64,000 nt of DNA from Isurus oxyrinchus (lineage: Eukaryota), in contig JANJGN010000034.1 of NCBI GenBank assembly GCA_026770705.1, positions 2,852,001 to 2,916,000 on the forward strand. The letters run 5' to 3'. Both the position numbers and the translations under genes were made by a program. The stretch's first letter is position 1. Every line of letters starts with the position of its first letter. This document shows, piece by piece, positions 11,800-25,139 of this stretch. Below the pieces are notes generated by a model. It was not told the DNA's origin and made no database searches. It saw only the letters and a list, made by a program, of their open reading frames with translations.

Positions 11800-13530
11800 T
11801 CCTGATTTGATACAAAGCCCGGTGAACATAAACATAAAGTGAGAAAGCGAGCCTTCAGTGAAATCTCCAACAACAGCAAAGGAAAGAAGAAACTACATCT
11901 GAAAAACACCTCAACAAGGGAAGGAGCCGAATGTGAGTAGCCAGTAACTGTTTCCAGTTAATTGTTTGGAGGATAATGGAATGGAAGGGAACCTAAATCC
12001 CGCGCAATGCACATTCTTCACCACGTGGGAAATCCTGAGAAGTACTCCTTGCTGGACAGATACATGTGGAGGAAATGCTGCCAGCAGGAGCAGCTCATGC
12101 TCTTGTTTTTGGACCTTGAGAGGTAGTTACAGCTATTACATTCGTGAAGCTTAGAGGTTCGTAGAAGACAAGTTTCTGGAAGTGGTCACTGCACACTTGG
12201 GAAATTGGCTGGCAGAGGCGGAATTATTAACTTCCAGAACGTCAGGCAGGTTGGGACGGGACCTGAGAGGTGCATGTCCAGCAGGTGCTCATTTCTAAAT
12301 ACTGGTGAACATGATGGTTCCTCGGAGGGATGCAGGCACAGCCAGGTTCAATGCAACAGAGATGACTCAGCTGCAAGGGGGCTGGGTGGGTGGAAGAAAG
12401 CAGAGTGTAACAACAACAGTGGTAATCGATTCTGTAGTAAGGGGATTAGATACACCCTTCTCCAGCCAGAGGCGTGATTCCAAGATTCTATGTTTCCTCC
12501 CTGGTGCAGGCTAAATGATATTCCTTAACATCTTCAGTACATTTTCGGGGCTAGAGTGAACCTTTTGAAAGTTGGTCCGTAAAGACAGAGTTGAACACCA
12601 GGGCGAGGAATGCTGTTCGAAAATCAGAGTTCAGTAAACTAGCAGGGACACTGAAATACTGGGCCCCAAAGTTGGTGATCGCAGGATGACTGCTCGTGTC
12701 AAATACTTGTAGGTACAGAACAACGACGAGTGAGCTACTGAACACCTCGCAGGGCAGATGGTGCTGGAGTGAGGCCGTTAGGTTGTTGATGCACTGGGGT
12801 CGCTTCTGGGGTAGTTAGGCCCTGTAGAAGATGGATGCGATGCACTTCAAAAGACCGGTACCATTATCTTGGAAGGTTTTGTTGCTAGGGCAACTGGCAA
12901 GGGTTCACATCAGCTTGGCTGTGGCAGGACATGAGGAAGAACATTTTTACGCAGAGGGTAGTGAGTGTCTGGAATTCGCTGCCCAAGTTGGTGGTAGAGG
13001 CAGAAACTTTAAACTCCTCTAAAAAGTACCTGGATCTGCACCTAAAGTGCTGTAAGCTGAACGGTTATGGGCCGGGTACAGGAAGGTTGGATGAGAAAGG
13101 GCTCCTGGGTTTCCTTGAGCTGGCATGGACAAGCTGGGCCAAAAGTATATGGGAATGATAAATGAGGTACATTTCAATGCACAAAATCTAGAGGATCGGG
13201 CAGATGTGCTGAGAGAAGAGATTAGAGCGTGGAAGTACGATTTTATAGCTAAAACTGAGTCATGCATGAAAGGAGTCCAGGAGTGATAAATAAGCCTCCC
13301 TGGTTGCTCGGCTTTCAGGTGAGAAACCCAATAACAACAACAACAAAAACAACAAAGAAAAGCAAACAACTGTGCAACACCACTGGCGGATTTGCACTAC
13401 CCTGATATTGACTTGGATAAAAGCAGCGTGAACAAATTAGAGGGAGTAACATTCTTACACTGATTTAAGGATTTTGGCTTGTTTGATTAGCCATAAGGCA
13501 CAATGTCAGCAAGGGAGGAGGAGTTTCTGT
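11800..13530 (+). mobile_element. CR1 5' region (ORF1 zinc finger and SGNH esterase relic, start of ORF2 endonuclease), interrupted by a CR1 3' fragment at about 12930-13142
   Basis: VVIDSVVRGLDTPF...CFLPGA resembles the CR1 ORF1 GDS esterase motif; YFNAQ and WKYDFIAKTES endonuclease traces; IFTQRVVSVWNSLP insert. Confidence 0.75.
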
Positions 13531-13559
13531 ACTTTTAACAACTAATATATCAGTATTCC

Positions 13560-14760
13560 AGACCATGTTAGCACTTTGTACGTTTCTTTAAGATCGATTA
13601 TGATGGTGTAACCTTCTACATCAGCAGTTCTGATATGTCTTCATATTCCCTCAACCGAGGGTTCCCTCTCAGTGCAATTGGCTGGGCCCTTCGCCATGTC
13701 CAGATTATCACACGCATTTTTGATTTCACCCCTTCGTCCGCCCTCTCAGAGCGATGGTCGGGTGTCCCTTGACGCCTCCTTTCACCCCACCAGCTTCTGT
13801 ATTCATTGAGCTATCCTCTACCATTTCCTCCAGATCCAGCATGAAAGCTCCACCAAACACATATCCACCTGTACTTCTCTTTCAGCAATCCAAAGGGACC
13901 TTTCCCTCCACGGCACACAAGGTCACTTCCCAGTCATGCCTTATAGCTCCTCCCTTCTCTATGGCAAATTTCCGTGCAGGAGATGCAACACCTTCCCATT
14001 ACCTCCGCAATTCACACCGTCCACAAACATTTATCTCAAGTGGCTAGTAATTTACATACATCTCTTTCGATGTGATTGTGCAGTATTCACAGTTCACAAG
14101 TGCCCTCTTTTTGGGAGACCAAACACAAACTGAGTGACTGCTGTGGTGTCCAGAATCATTCCGTCCACAAGCATGAGCCCGAGATTCCGGTTGCTTGTCA
14201 TTTTATTTCGCCTCTCCCCAGTGGTGACCTTTCTGTCCATGTTCTACAGCTTTCCAGTGGAGTTCGAGACAACTGGACGAAATGCAACTTATCCTTCGAC
14301 TGGGAACAATACAGCCTTTCCGATTGATCAATTAGGTCATAACATCTGCCTTCATATTGGTGGCAGTGGTCTATTTTCCTACTCTGTGTTTTCCCTCTCT
14401 TCTGGGCTGCCTTCCTTATTTTTTTCTTTATCCATTCATGTTTCATCCAAATGGGTTTTATGTAGACATTCACGCCCCATTTGGACACAATCATTATTGA
14501 TTTACTATACCCACCAGCCCTATTTATGGCCATTGCATCATGAAATTTTTGTTATTTAATTTCTCATGCCTTCCACCCAAACACAAACCCCCTTTGTTCT
14601 TCTTGCCATGTCACCCTCGAATTGACTTTAAAACTCTTGCATTCTATCATTTTGCAATTCTGATGATAGGTTGCCTATTAATTAAACATCGTTTCTCTGC
14701 ACACATGCTGCCTGGCCTACTGAGTGTTTTTGGTATTTTGTTGTTGTTGTTTTTAACCTC
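13560..14760 (+). mobile_element. Old Penelope-like element 3' half
   Basis: Colinear with 17440-18700 (ttcctcaaccgagg-type segment, decayed GIY-YIG region, ctgatga terminal motif). Confidence 0.7.
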
Positions 14761-14863
14761 AGGATATTCAACACAGTTTAAAAATAAACAGCCATGGAGA
14801 AACCAACGCATGAGACCATTCTTTGAACTTGTAAGGAAAGTGGAAGGAATTTATTGTACTCAC

Positions 14864-14899
14864 CACACTCAAATACAAGATTTTGTTGATTTTCTAATT
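14864..14899 (-). CDS. Microexon 15 (36 nt): ELENQQNLVFEC
   Basis: cattattttttccacag|AA TTA GAA AAT CAA CAA AAT CTT GTA TTT GAG TGT G|gtgagt. Confidence 0.92.
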
Positions 14900-16309
14900 C
14901 TGTGGAAAAAATAATGAAGAGTTGTTGAAAGCCTCAGTTGAGATTCCACGAGTACCCTTACAATAAAGCTATCAAAACACGTTATTAGTAATCATGGCTT
15001 TTAAGAAAAGAGTAAGTATTGGATCAACTACATTGTATACCGGTATATAGTTCCATTAATTGACTTCAGTATCCATTCAGCAACATTTCTACGGCTGGTT
15101 AGTTGCCTCATCTGGTGGACTGACATTGCCTTAAACTATGTTCCATTATAGAGTTCCCTAAAGAAAAGCTACTTCGTTGAACAATATATTGGGCCTATTA
15201 TATTATAGTCATTACATGTCAAAATTTGATGTTGCTTCTGGAGAACAGCTTCGGATGTATCCAATACCTTAATGTGCTATTTCAGTGAAGATTTTGTTGT
15301 TTTCACTCAGTGCCATGATATTATAGCCCTACAATGGAGCGTCCATTTCGTACTCCACCTAATTTCATCTTAAATTCATGCTGGGAATTGTAGCAAAATT
15401 TTGAAAACATATTGGCGAGCTGTAAAGCATTTATGAGAATTAAAGGAGCATCTGACTGATTCATGTAGCATGTTTGGCGTTGCAGAACGTGCCTGATTGG
15501 AGAGTGAAATCTTTCAAAAGGCGCCTGACCTGAATGTGAGGTCACCGATGTAGATAGGTTACAACTGCTAGCAAGTTATTTAGCATGAGGATGCCTACCT
15601 TTGGTGGGCTGTACTAGGAGACAATCATTGAGACGTATTGGATGGAAGCTAGTCAGTGAATTTGGCTTGTGCCTCTTCTTATAATCAGCTAATCAACAAG
15701 CCCCACTGCCGAGCCCAACGTCCTCAAACCCTTTGCCGATTACCCTACAGATTTTTAAATTCTTTTTCAATGATTTATCCAATTTTCTTGTTGCATATTA
15801 TTGTGAAGCTAGTTCCATCTTCATTTGAGACAGCACCTTCCAGATCTTTGACCATGCCGCACAAAATAAATTCTGCTGATCAAGTTTTTTCCCCCCAAAT
15901 TAGATTCCATTCATGTTTTCTCGTCACCAACAAATTTCCAAAGGAAACTTTCAGTTGTCATGTAAACTACTAAAAAAAAACAATTTTCACCAGCTGTAAA
16001 AAGTCTGTTGAACCACTTCTGATCCAAACGGAATAATACCCCTTTTCTTTGTCTTTACGCTTTTCTGAAGTGTTTCGTTCATGATACCAGCCTGCTTAAT
16101 GTGTTCTAACCCCTTAAAGAGAATTTACATTCTGCTAAAATGAGGGACCCACAATAATGACGCCCAACCCTAAAAAGTAATTACAAAAGAATTGACATAA
16201 ATTCCTTCCTTTGGACTCTATATCCCAAAAGTTAAGTTAAAAATAAACTAGGGATCACGGGTTAGACATTGGAAGAGTCATCAAATGACCTTGAAGTGTT
16301 CCAACATTT

Positions 16310-18700
16310 AAGGCAGCGAACCCGAAGGTCAACAGTCGCCTCAATTTCTCTGCCCCTCTCACTCACTATAACCTGTCTCTTTCTGAACTTTCTGCACTAC
16401 GTTCTCCCAGAACCAACCCTGACTTTGTCATCAAACCCGCTGACAAGGGTCGTGCTGTTGTTGTCTGGTGCACTGACCGCTACCTTGCAGAGGCTGAGCC
16501 TCAACTCGCAGATACTTCCTCCTACCTCCCCCAGAACCATGGCACCACAACTGAACATCAAGCCATTGTTTCCAGGAGCGTCACTGACTTCATCCCCTCT
16601 GGACATCTTCCCTCCACAGCTTCCAACCTCACAGTCTCCCAACATCAGACTTCTACCTCCTACCTAAAATCCACAAACAGGACTGTCCCAGCAGACTGAT
16701 CGTGTCAGCCTGCCCTTGCCCCACAGAAATCATTTCTTGCAATCTCGACACCATTCTCTCTCCCCTTGTCCAGTCTCTTCCCACCTACACCCGTGACTCC
16801 TCTGACACCCTACAGCATATCAACAATTTCCAGTTCCCTGGCCCCAACCGCCTCCTATTCACCATGGGCGTCCAATCCATCTACACCTACATCCACCACC
16901 AGGATGGTCTGAAGGTGCAATGAGTATTCCGCGAACAGCCGTCCAAAATATCCCCATCCACCACTACTCTCCTCCGTCTGGTTGAACTTGTTCTCACACT
17001 GAACAATTTCTCCTTAAACTCGTCTCACTTCCTCCAAATAAAAGCTGGGGCTATGGGTACCTGTATGGGCTGCAGTTATGCCTGTCTCTTTATGGGTATG
17101 TGAAACTTTCCTTGTTCCACTTTGACTGAGACCCCCTCCTACAACTTTTTTCTCTGGTACATCGATGACTGTTTCGATGCTGCTTCATGCCCTCGGCTGG
17201 ACCTGGACAAACTTATTAATTTTCCTTCTAATTTGCACCACACCATCATTTTCATGTGATCCATCTCTGACACTTCCCTCCCCTTCCTTGAGCTCTCTGT
17301 TTCAATTTCTGGTGATAGACTGTCCACCAATATTTATTGCAATCCTACCGACTCCCATAGCAACCTCGACTACAGCTCCTCATACTCTGCTTCCTGCAAG
17401 GACTCCATCACGTTCTCTCAGTTCCTTCTCCTTCGTCGCTTCTGTTCTGATGATGCTACCTTCAAAAACACTTCCTCTGACATGTCCTCCTTCTTCCTTA
17501 ACCAAGGTTTTCTAGCCATGGTGGTTGACAGGGCCCTCAACAATGCCCGGCCCATCTCCCGCACATCCGCCCTCACATCTTCCTCTCCCTGCCAGTTACA
17601 TGACAGGGCACCCCTTGTCCTCACTTATCACCCCACAAGCCTCAGCATTCAAAGTTTCATCCTCCACCATTTCTGCCAACTCCAGCATGATTGCACTGCC
17701 AAGGACATTTTCCCTTCAGCCCCCTCTCCCAGCGGGAATCAGCAGGGATCATTGCCTCTTGGACACCGTGATCCACTCTTCTATCACCTCCTACACCTCA
17801 ACCCATTCCCACAGCTTCTTTTCATGCAACCACAGAAGGTGTTACACCTGCCCCTTTGCTTCCACCCTCCTAATCATCCAACGGCCCAAACGCTCCTTTC
17901 AAGTGAAGCAGCATTTCACTTGCACTTTACTCAATTTAATCTATTGCATTCGTTGCTCCCAATGTGGTCTCCTCTACATTGGAGAGACCGAACCCTGACT
18001 GGGTGACCGCTTTGCAGTACACCTTTGGTCTGCCCGCAAGCTTGACACTGACCTCCCTGTTGCTTGCCATTTCAACACACCACCCTGCTGTGAAGCCCAT
18101 GTGTCTGTCCTTGTGCTGCTACAATATTCCAGTGTAGCTTAAAGCAAACTGGAGGAACAGAGCCTGATCATCTGACTACACACTCTACAACCTTGCGGCC
18201 TTAGCATTGAGTTCAACAACTTCAGATCATGAACTCTCTTCTCCATCCACATCCCCTTTCCCATTCCCCTTTTTCCAATAATTTATATTTTTAAAATATG
18301 TTTTTCTTTTCGCACCTATTTTATATCTTTAATTTTATCGCCACATTTCAGCCCATTTCAACCCTTCTCCCCACCCCACCCCACCCCACTCGGGCCATTT
18401 GCTAGTTATTTGTCCTGCTTTCTACACTTAATGTCATTCCTTAGATAATATCAGCACCATCAACTCCCCTTTGTCCTTTTGTCTACCACACCTTTGGCAA
18501 TCGCTTCTTTGCCTCCACCTATCACTGGCCCTCTATCGAGCTCTACATGTCCCACTCCCCTCTACCAGCTTACATTTCACCACTTTCCTATCTTCCCTTA
18601 GTCCTGATGAAGAGTCATCCAGACTCGAAACGTTAACTGTGATCCTCTCAGCAGATGCTGTCGGACCTGCTGGAGGTTTGCAGCTATTTTTGTTTTGGTG
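16310..18700 (+). mobile_element. Penelope-like retroelement (RT plus GIY-YIG endonuclease), frameshifted, with terminal pLTR
   Basis: IKPADKG, PKIHK, AMGTCMG, YIDD RT motifs; LIYCIRCSQCGLLYIGET GIY-YIG motif; hammerhead-bearing 3' terminus. Confidence 0.93.
18600..18638 (+). ncRNA. Minimal type I hammerhead ribozyme motif in Penelope pLTR
   Basis: AGUC-CUGAUGA-A-GAGUC-aucca-GACUC-GAAA-CG-UU-AACU: intact core, 5-bp stem II, palindromic ACGU in place of stem III, one stem I mismatch. Confidence 0.75.
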
Positions 18701-19379
18701 CTGAAGGTAGCTCTGTTTTCCATTAAATTCTAAGATGATGAAATTACTTCCTGCTGCATTTTGTCATTATTCTTTGAAAATCTAACACTGTCTCTCGTTA
18801 CATTTACTCGTACAATGGGTATCCTTTCATCAAACTGACTAAACTCTGCTACCTCAAATTCATAGCAGCCCACATCATAACGTCTCCAGATCATCAAAGG
18901 TCCGGCGTACCACCACCAGCCCCCACTCAGCACACCACACCCAAACCCCCAATAAGAGGCTGTTTGAGATCCTGAGGCAGTCCTAAGAAAATGACTCCGT
19001 GTGAATTGCAGGGGAGCAATTTCCAATAGGTAATTTCCCCGTTCCCCTTGACCCTCGTAAGAAGTCTCCGACTCTGAGTTGGAAACTTTGGACAGCTCCA
19101 GCTTTCCTACTTGAATAGGTACCCAGGAAATGGTAGACAGAAATGCCCTAGGAGTTTACCCCAAGTTAAACAGTCAACTGAAAGCAGCTAACTGCTATTT
19201 CGAGTCCCGTAAACCACTTGACTTGGAGACTCATTGCCCTTATCCCTCTAAATCCCCCGATCTAAGCAGTCCCCATCATTAGACTCCTTTTGCCAACTGA
19301 CTCGCCCTGACTATTTCTGATTAGCCACAACCACACAATATCCCGTGACTCCTGGAAACCCTCTGAATCAGACTTGATT

Positions 19380-19910
19380 AGCCCCCAAATCTGATAATAC
19401 CTCCTAACCCGTCCTGACTGCCCCTGACCCATCAACTACCGTCTCATCCACCCTGTCAACCTCAAGCCCCTCAGCCAGCTACCAGGCTATCCAGCTGACA
19501 TGATCATTTGCCATCCTCCAACTCAGCCATCTACCCATCTACCACCATATGTTTCTACCAACCGACTCAGTTTCCACCCTACCGACTGCCATTATGCCCC
19601 AATACCATAGCCAGCTGCCAGCACATTCAGCTGTCATTCTACCCACCTATCACTCTACACCTCTGCCACCTTACCAGCATTCACATTGCCACATACCAGC
19701 AAATGCCCACCTCCCCTTCTGACACCCAAGCAGCGTCCACCTTACTCACATACAACTATACCAAAGCAGATTCCACCTTACCTATATGTCCCCGAACCCA
19801 CATATCCACTTACCTCACCTACCTACCTACTTACACAGCTACACATTCACCCATTCACTCAATAATTCACTCACAGGTTTACTCAAGCATTCATTCACTA
19901 GCACACTAGG
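19380..19910 (+). repeat. C/A-rich low-complexity tract (degenerate ACCT/CATT repeats)
   Basis: Composition and short tandem motifs; explains ORF 19508..19909. Confidence 0.7.
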
Positions 19911-20469
19911 AAGCTTGGGGATCTTTAAACACTAATCAGAATTCAGCAGGAAAGTGGATACATTTCTGTCTGAATAGAAGTTTGCCTCTCTGCTCAGAAG
20001 TTTTGGTTCAGCATTTCCAAGCTTCGTGCAATCTGGGGCCGTTGAAATGCTGCTCATTGGGCACAAGTGTGGATAATTGAAAACTGTCAAATGTTGCAAT
20101 GAACTAAAGTCATATTATGCTGTTTGAGAACTTGTACCTACCATTGTGTTGAATGAAAACAAATACCGTTTTCCTTTTAAAAGTATCACCCCGGTAATGA
20201 GTGATTTGCAGAGAAAAGAAGACTAGGCATTTGGTTGAAAAGCTGTTTAAGGTAATGAACGTGCACATTCTAGCAATAAACAAAATTCACACGTACTGAA
20301 AGAATGACAAAATACACAAGCTAATTATGCACTGACTTGACCTGCTTTTCTTGAGGAAGAAGTCATGAACACAAATGAGCCACATTGACATTTAGAGCTT
20401 CTGAAAACAGATGAGGAATAATTCCTGTGGATTTCCAAAATGTAATAATGCCAAGAAACGTGATAACAA

Positions 20470-21240
20470 AGTGAAGAATCGCACCGTGTGAGCTAAGTGT
20501 AAGCACTTAATAGCCTGTAATGGATCGGCAGATGAAACAGTAACAATTGCTTCAGACCCTCGCACCTGTTCCATCATTGCCGCTGATGCTCGCCTTTACT
20601 CCATATACCCAGCTGTGAACAATATCACTTAAAGTCCTCGGTTAAAATAAACCTATCAATCTGTTTTTAAAATAGCAATTGACCTAGAATCAATTTCCAA
20701 TTTTGAAAGGGAAGGCAAAACATTGCGTGCAGTTTGAACATACAAGTATTTTCGAATTTAACTCCTCAAAGGTTTTGGTCTTAGTTTGCAATTATGCACC
20801 CCCGTTCTGACTCGGCACCCGCAAAATATACAACATTTATTTTTTACTGGCTCCTTATTACCTTGTAAACTTCCTGCAACTCGCACTCTTAGTTTCTAAA
20901 TTCCAGAGAGTATTACCATAATTGGCGTCATCTTTCCCCCAATTCAAAACAAGAATCTCGGTGTCAGGGAAGTAAATAAACCGAGCACTCGGTCCAATAT
21001 CAACCCATCCCTCCTAATTTTACCGATAACCAGAATGAATCACAATGCTCCAGTCGTTCTCCAGGCTTTTCATTCTGAACCATGGCCTCTAGTCATTCTA
21101 GTACTTAAGTCCTCTAGATTTATAAATACCATAATTATAACAGTGTTTTGGGTTCTATTCTCTAACTGTCCATGTCATTTTAATGATCTCTGTACGTGGA
21201 TTCCCAAGTCTCTTTGGACATCTGCCGTCTATAAATTTGA
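20470..21240 (-). mobile_element. Decayed CR1 3' portion
   Basis: Similarity to the minus-strand CR1 at 395-937. Confidence 0.55.
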
Positions 21241-21363
21241 AATCGATCGCTAGGTCTGATGGGCGTGACAACGACCAGCATCTGATTTAATCTCCTGGTA
21301 AAGGTAACATTCATTTCCAGTTTCATTTTGACAAAACACTGAAATATCTTCCCGATTCCTCAC

Positions 21364-21390
21364 CTTTGATTTTGATGCTCAACTTTGTTT
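21364..21390 (-). CDS. Microexon 14 (27 nt): ETKLSIKIK
   Basis: ctaacttatgtttccctag|AA ACA AAG TTG AGC ATC AAA ATC AAA G|gtgagg; CTAAC branch-point-like motif. Confidence 0.92.
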
Positions 21391-22800
21391 CTAGGGAAAC
21401 ATAAGTTAGAATAACTACCAAAGGGAATAAAGCAAAACATGCATAGAAAGGTCATGCCATCAGCTCTAGGAAAGTATACTATTTTTTCACCGAATGTTAA
21501 TGAGCCAGTTCCTTCCTATGATAACAGGCAATGGGCGCACAGTAGCTCCTGCCAATACAATCATGTAAATCTACAGCACAATAAAGTCAAAATATTCCTC
21601 ATTCCCTTGCATACATCCTCTACCACTGCCTTATTGGTCAAATATATTTGCAATTACCCATTGAAAGTCTAGAGTTATTCCAATTCCAGTATTCCTGGTA
21701 GCTGAACCCAATTCCGCCCATCATCACGCTTACCTCCACAGATAATTTTGGGAATCTCTATTCAATGGTGAAAGGTTTAAATGCGTGTGAACGCAGATTC
21801 TATTTCCAACAATCCAATAATAATGCTCCACGTCAGTGACATTCCCAACCAGACTAATGTTTTCACATCATTTAAAAAAAAAAATATTTTCCAAGACATG
21901 ATCTTCTCAAGCATGGGCTGCATTTTTGTCCATGTCATGTTGCCACAGGAGATGGGTATGGATCTTCCTCTTGAACCCTGCAGTGATTTTAATTATTGGA
22001 TTGATAGAATTTATATATCAACGATGAAAGTATTGCTATAAAATACAAAGTGTTGGGGTGTTGGGGGGTGGGGGGGTGGGGGGTGGTGGTGTGGGTGGGG
22101 CGGGGTGAGGCGGGCGTGGCTTTGGATGTAGTTGCATTTCCATTCCCCAGCCAATCTTGTTGTTATAACCACTGCACAGCAAGGGACTGATAAGGGGCTA
22201 TAGTATAGACTTTGGGGACTTACGGCATTGCATCCTTTACTTAGTACACATTGCAGTTACCATGTGCCAATGTTCGATTTTTAAGGCATTTTGTGAACCA
22301 TTCATTTAGCCTGGATGCCATCGAACATCTTGAGTTCTGGTGCAGCTGTACCCATCCACACAACATCAGTGCATTCCATGAACTTCCTACTTGTTACTTA
22401 TAGGTGGTGCTTTCGGAGAAAGGAAGTAAGGCACATGCAAAAATGTCTCCTTCCGTATCCTTTTTATTAAGACCTGCATATTTCTGGTCCATTGAGTTTC
22501 CGGTCAAATTCAGCGCCTAAATGTGATGGTGAGTTGTATGTGTGTTGGCAATGCCTTTCAATGTCTTGCATATGTTCTCTCTTGATGATGATTTCCCAGT
22601 GCACTCTGAATGTTATTGGCTCCTTCTAAATTATTATCCTGGACGATAAAGAAAAAATAAGTCCGAGTGACATTTTCTGGAGTTATTCCAGCAACAGTAC
22701 AGAGGGAAGTTGCATTAAAGGAATAACCCTAGAAATATCAGCAAATAATTGATTTAATAGCTTGGTATTCAAAGGAAAGTTAAGCCAAGGCGATACTCAC

Positions 22801-22836
22801 CAAGATTAGCAATATCGCTTTTCGCTTTTTCTAGTG
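22801..22836 (-). CDS. Microexon 13 (36 nt): ALEKAKSDIANL
   Basis: attattattttcctacag|CA CTA GAA AAA GCG AAA AGC GAT ATT GCT AAT CTT G|gtgagt. Confidence 0.92.
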
Positions 22837-24506
22837 CTGTAGGAAAATAATAATTCAACCCAGGATGAATTTAACAGTGGGCTTAGGCGATTTTGCGTTA
22901 GAGTGAACATACCCCTATCATTTCTTGAGCTTTTTAGTCTTTCAAAGTTCGGGACAACGACTCAATGCATAGCATCCATTGACCATCTCAAATTCCAATA
23001 GAGTTCGAGTCGTTGAGCCTTTTCTTGAACAGATATGTTAAATATGGTGTACTACTGAGTGGATTGCTTGGCAAGGTGCAACCATTTTATTTGGGTCCGG
23101 AGTTAAATACAGATGGGCCGGGTTTATCGGCAGATTCCATTTTAAGAGGAAATTCATGAATGCAGGCTTTTTCTTTCGAAGCCCTAATAGTTACTAGATT
23201 GTTCTAGGTTTATTCAAATTTTTGTTTTTAATTTATCCGGCTACCGTTGTGGGAATTCAATTCGACTACTCAGGGCCGTTAGTTAGTCTCTCTGGAGTCT
23301 GGGCCCAATGACATGACCAGTATGTGATCCAAGCCTTGCAAAACGACAATTAACGTTTATGTTCCCGAAGGTCAGTGAGTGCAAGAGTTTAGATTAGATT
23401 TTGATGCTAATATATAAATGGACGATCTTGTCTTAATTGTTCACTATCCAGCTTTTCCGTTTTCCCTAATCTCTTGGCATCAATACGTGTAGCAATTAGA
23501 AGAGGCGCATACAGATTGTCAAATTGCCATCAACTGCTGTATGCTTCACCCACTCAACAAATTTGCCTTTTTACAGCAAAATGACCGATGAAGGAATCTG
23601 GAAAAGTAAAAGTGGGGCAGAATTCGCCTTGGGCAGCTGCGCCTTGGGAGAAAATAATGAACTGATCAATATCAGTCATGCTCTCGAAGTACAGTTTCTC
23701 AAAACTTCAATAGTGTGTAATTTAAAATAGTTCCTTTAAAGAATCTTACTGCTACACTGTTTTCCCCAAATTATTTTTCTGATACGAGTGTAAAGGTCAA
23801 GGCCCAACACTAATTCTCCATTTTAGAGAAACAGAAAGTACCACTAGCTAGTTCAAAGCACCATAGGTGCTTTAATTATTGGAGGGGATCTTGTTCTCCC
23901 TCGGAAGAGTTCTGCCATTCACTTAGAACATGCATGTGCACCACCATAACATGGTTGACTCGGCTTTGCTTCCTGATCTTCGATTCACTTATGCAACACA
24001 GATCTGTAGATGTCACTCATCGTGAAGAAAACTTAAGATAGAAGAAAAGCTAAATCATCTTTACTCCAACAGAGAAGCGACTGGTCTATTGGTCCAGTGA
24101 GAGAGAGAGAGAGAGAGAGCGGGACACAAAATATCAGTGAGAGCTCCAGACTCCTAAGCACAATAGGTGTTCCCAATTCTCCCCCAGAAGTCCTGCTATC
24201 CACTTAATGGTTCATGGGATTCTATGAAATGTCATCACAAAAATACATCACACATTTTAAACTGATTGAATGACTTGTATTTGTCCCGCCCCTTCGACCA
24301 TCTTAGGGCATTTCGAGTCAATAAAATCATCATGAAGTAAAGAACACCTGGCTTTCTGATTCATTAACAGATTGTCATTCCGAACATAGAGAGATAAAAA
24401 GAATATCGAATTTCTAAGCAATGATAATGTTTTAATTGTCAAGATGGAGAAAACCTACCAAGTGCATTAGAACGTCATTTACTCTGAACCATATTCATGA
24501 CCTCAC

Positions 24507-24533
24507 CTTTTCCTTTGTGGTTCACGATTTGTT
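24507..24533 (-). CDS. Microexon 12 (27 nt): EQIVNHKGK
   Basis: ctaattcatattgtacttag|AA CAA ATC GTG AAC CAC AAA GGA AAA G|gtgagg. Confidence 0.9.
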
Positions 24534-25139
24534 CTAAGTACAATATGAATTAGAAAGAAGTATTAACAGAAAACACACTTTTTGCAGAGTGATACTGTTA
24601 TCGCCATCTTTTTGAATGCATTTGTATTTTTACCAGTTGTGTTTCACGTTGTGTTATTTTACACGATGAAATATATGAGGATCCTAATCATAATCAATAT
24701 TTCGTCGCAATACATCAGGAAGGGATGCACGGCCAGGAGACTATTCCTGAATGAGGCAGAGTCCAAACGAGTAACCCATTAGGTTTATGTCATAAACGCT
24801 GGTGAGACGTTTTCAGACTAAAATATATATTAAGAATCAATATCCGTCATACAGCTAAGAAACCTTCAAATAATTTAGGTTACTTTGTTAACTAGTTACT
24901 GACTGGTAGTGGCGGTTGTCTGTCAATCAGCTGAAATTATTTGGTTCAATTGGTCGTAATTACTATTTCAGGAAGCAAAAATAGCTTGTGTCTCATCAAA
25001 CTGCCTATATAAGATTCAGACCTTTCAAACCACATCGTCAGTATGGGCACGTGGTCAGGAGGCTATGGAAAATCAAATTACGTTCACCTGGGATTTCGGT
25101 GCACGGGGGGAAGAGGTGCTTTAAATTAGGTCTGTTGCA

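Noticed and set aside
15599-15613. 15-nt minus-strand AG..GT segment (VQPTK in phase 1) between exons 14 and 15
   Set aside because: Breaks the 36/27 alternation, contains Pro and has no similarity to the other exons; treated as background, though a minor cassette exon cannot be excluded.
21734-21757. 24-nt minus-strand AG..GT segment (EIPKIICG)
   Set aside because: Weak acceptor, adjacent to decayed CR1-like sequence, does not fit the repeat; shows that isolated microexon-like matches arise by chance.
23843-23905. Three adjacent short palindromes (ACTAGCTAGT; AAAGCACC-ATA-GGTGCTTT; GAGGG..CCCTC)
   Set aside because: Short stems expected occasionally in 64 kb; no recognisable RNA family.
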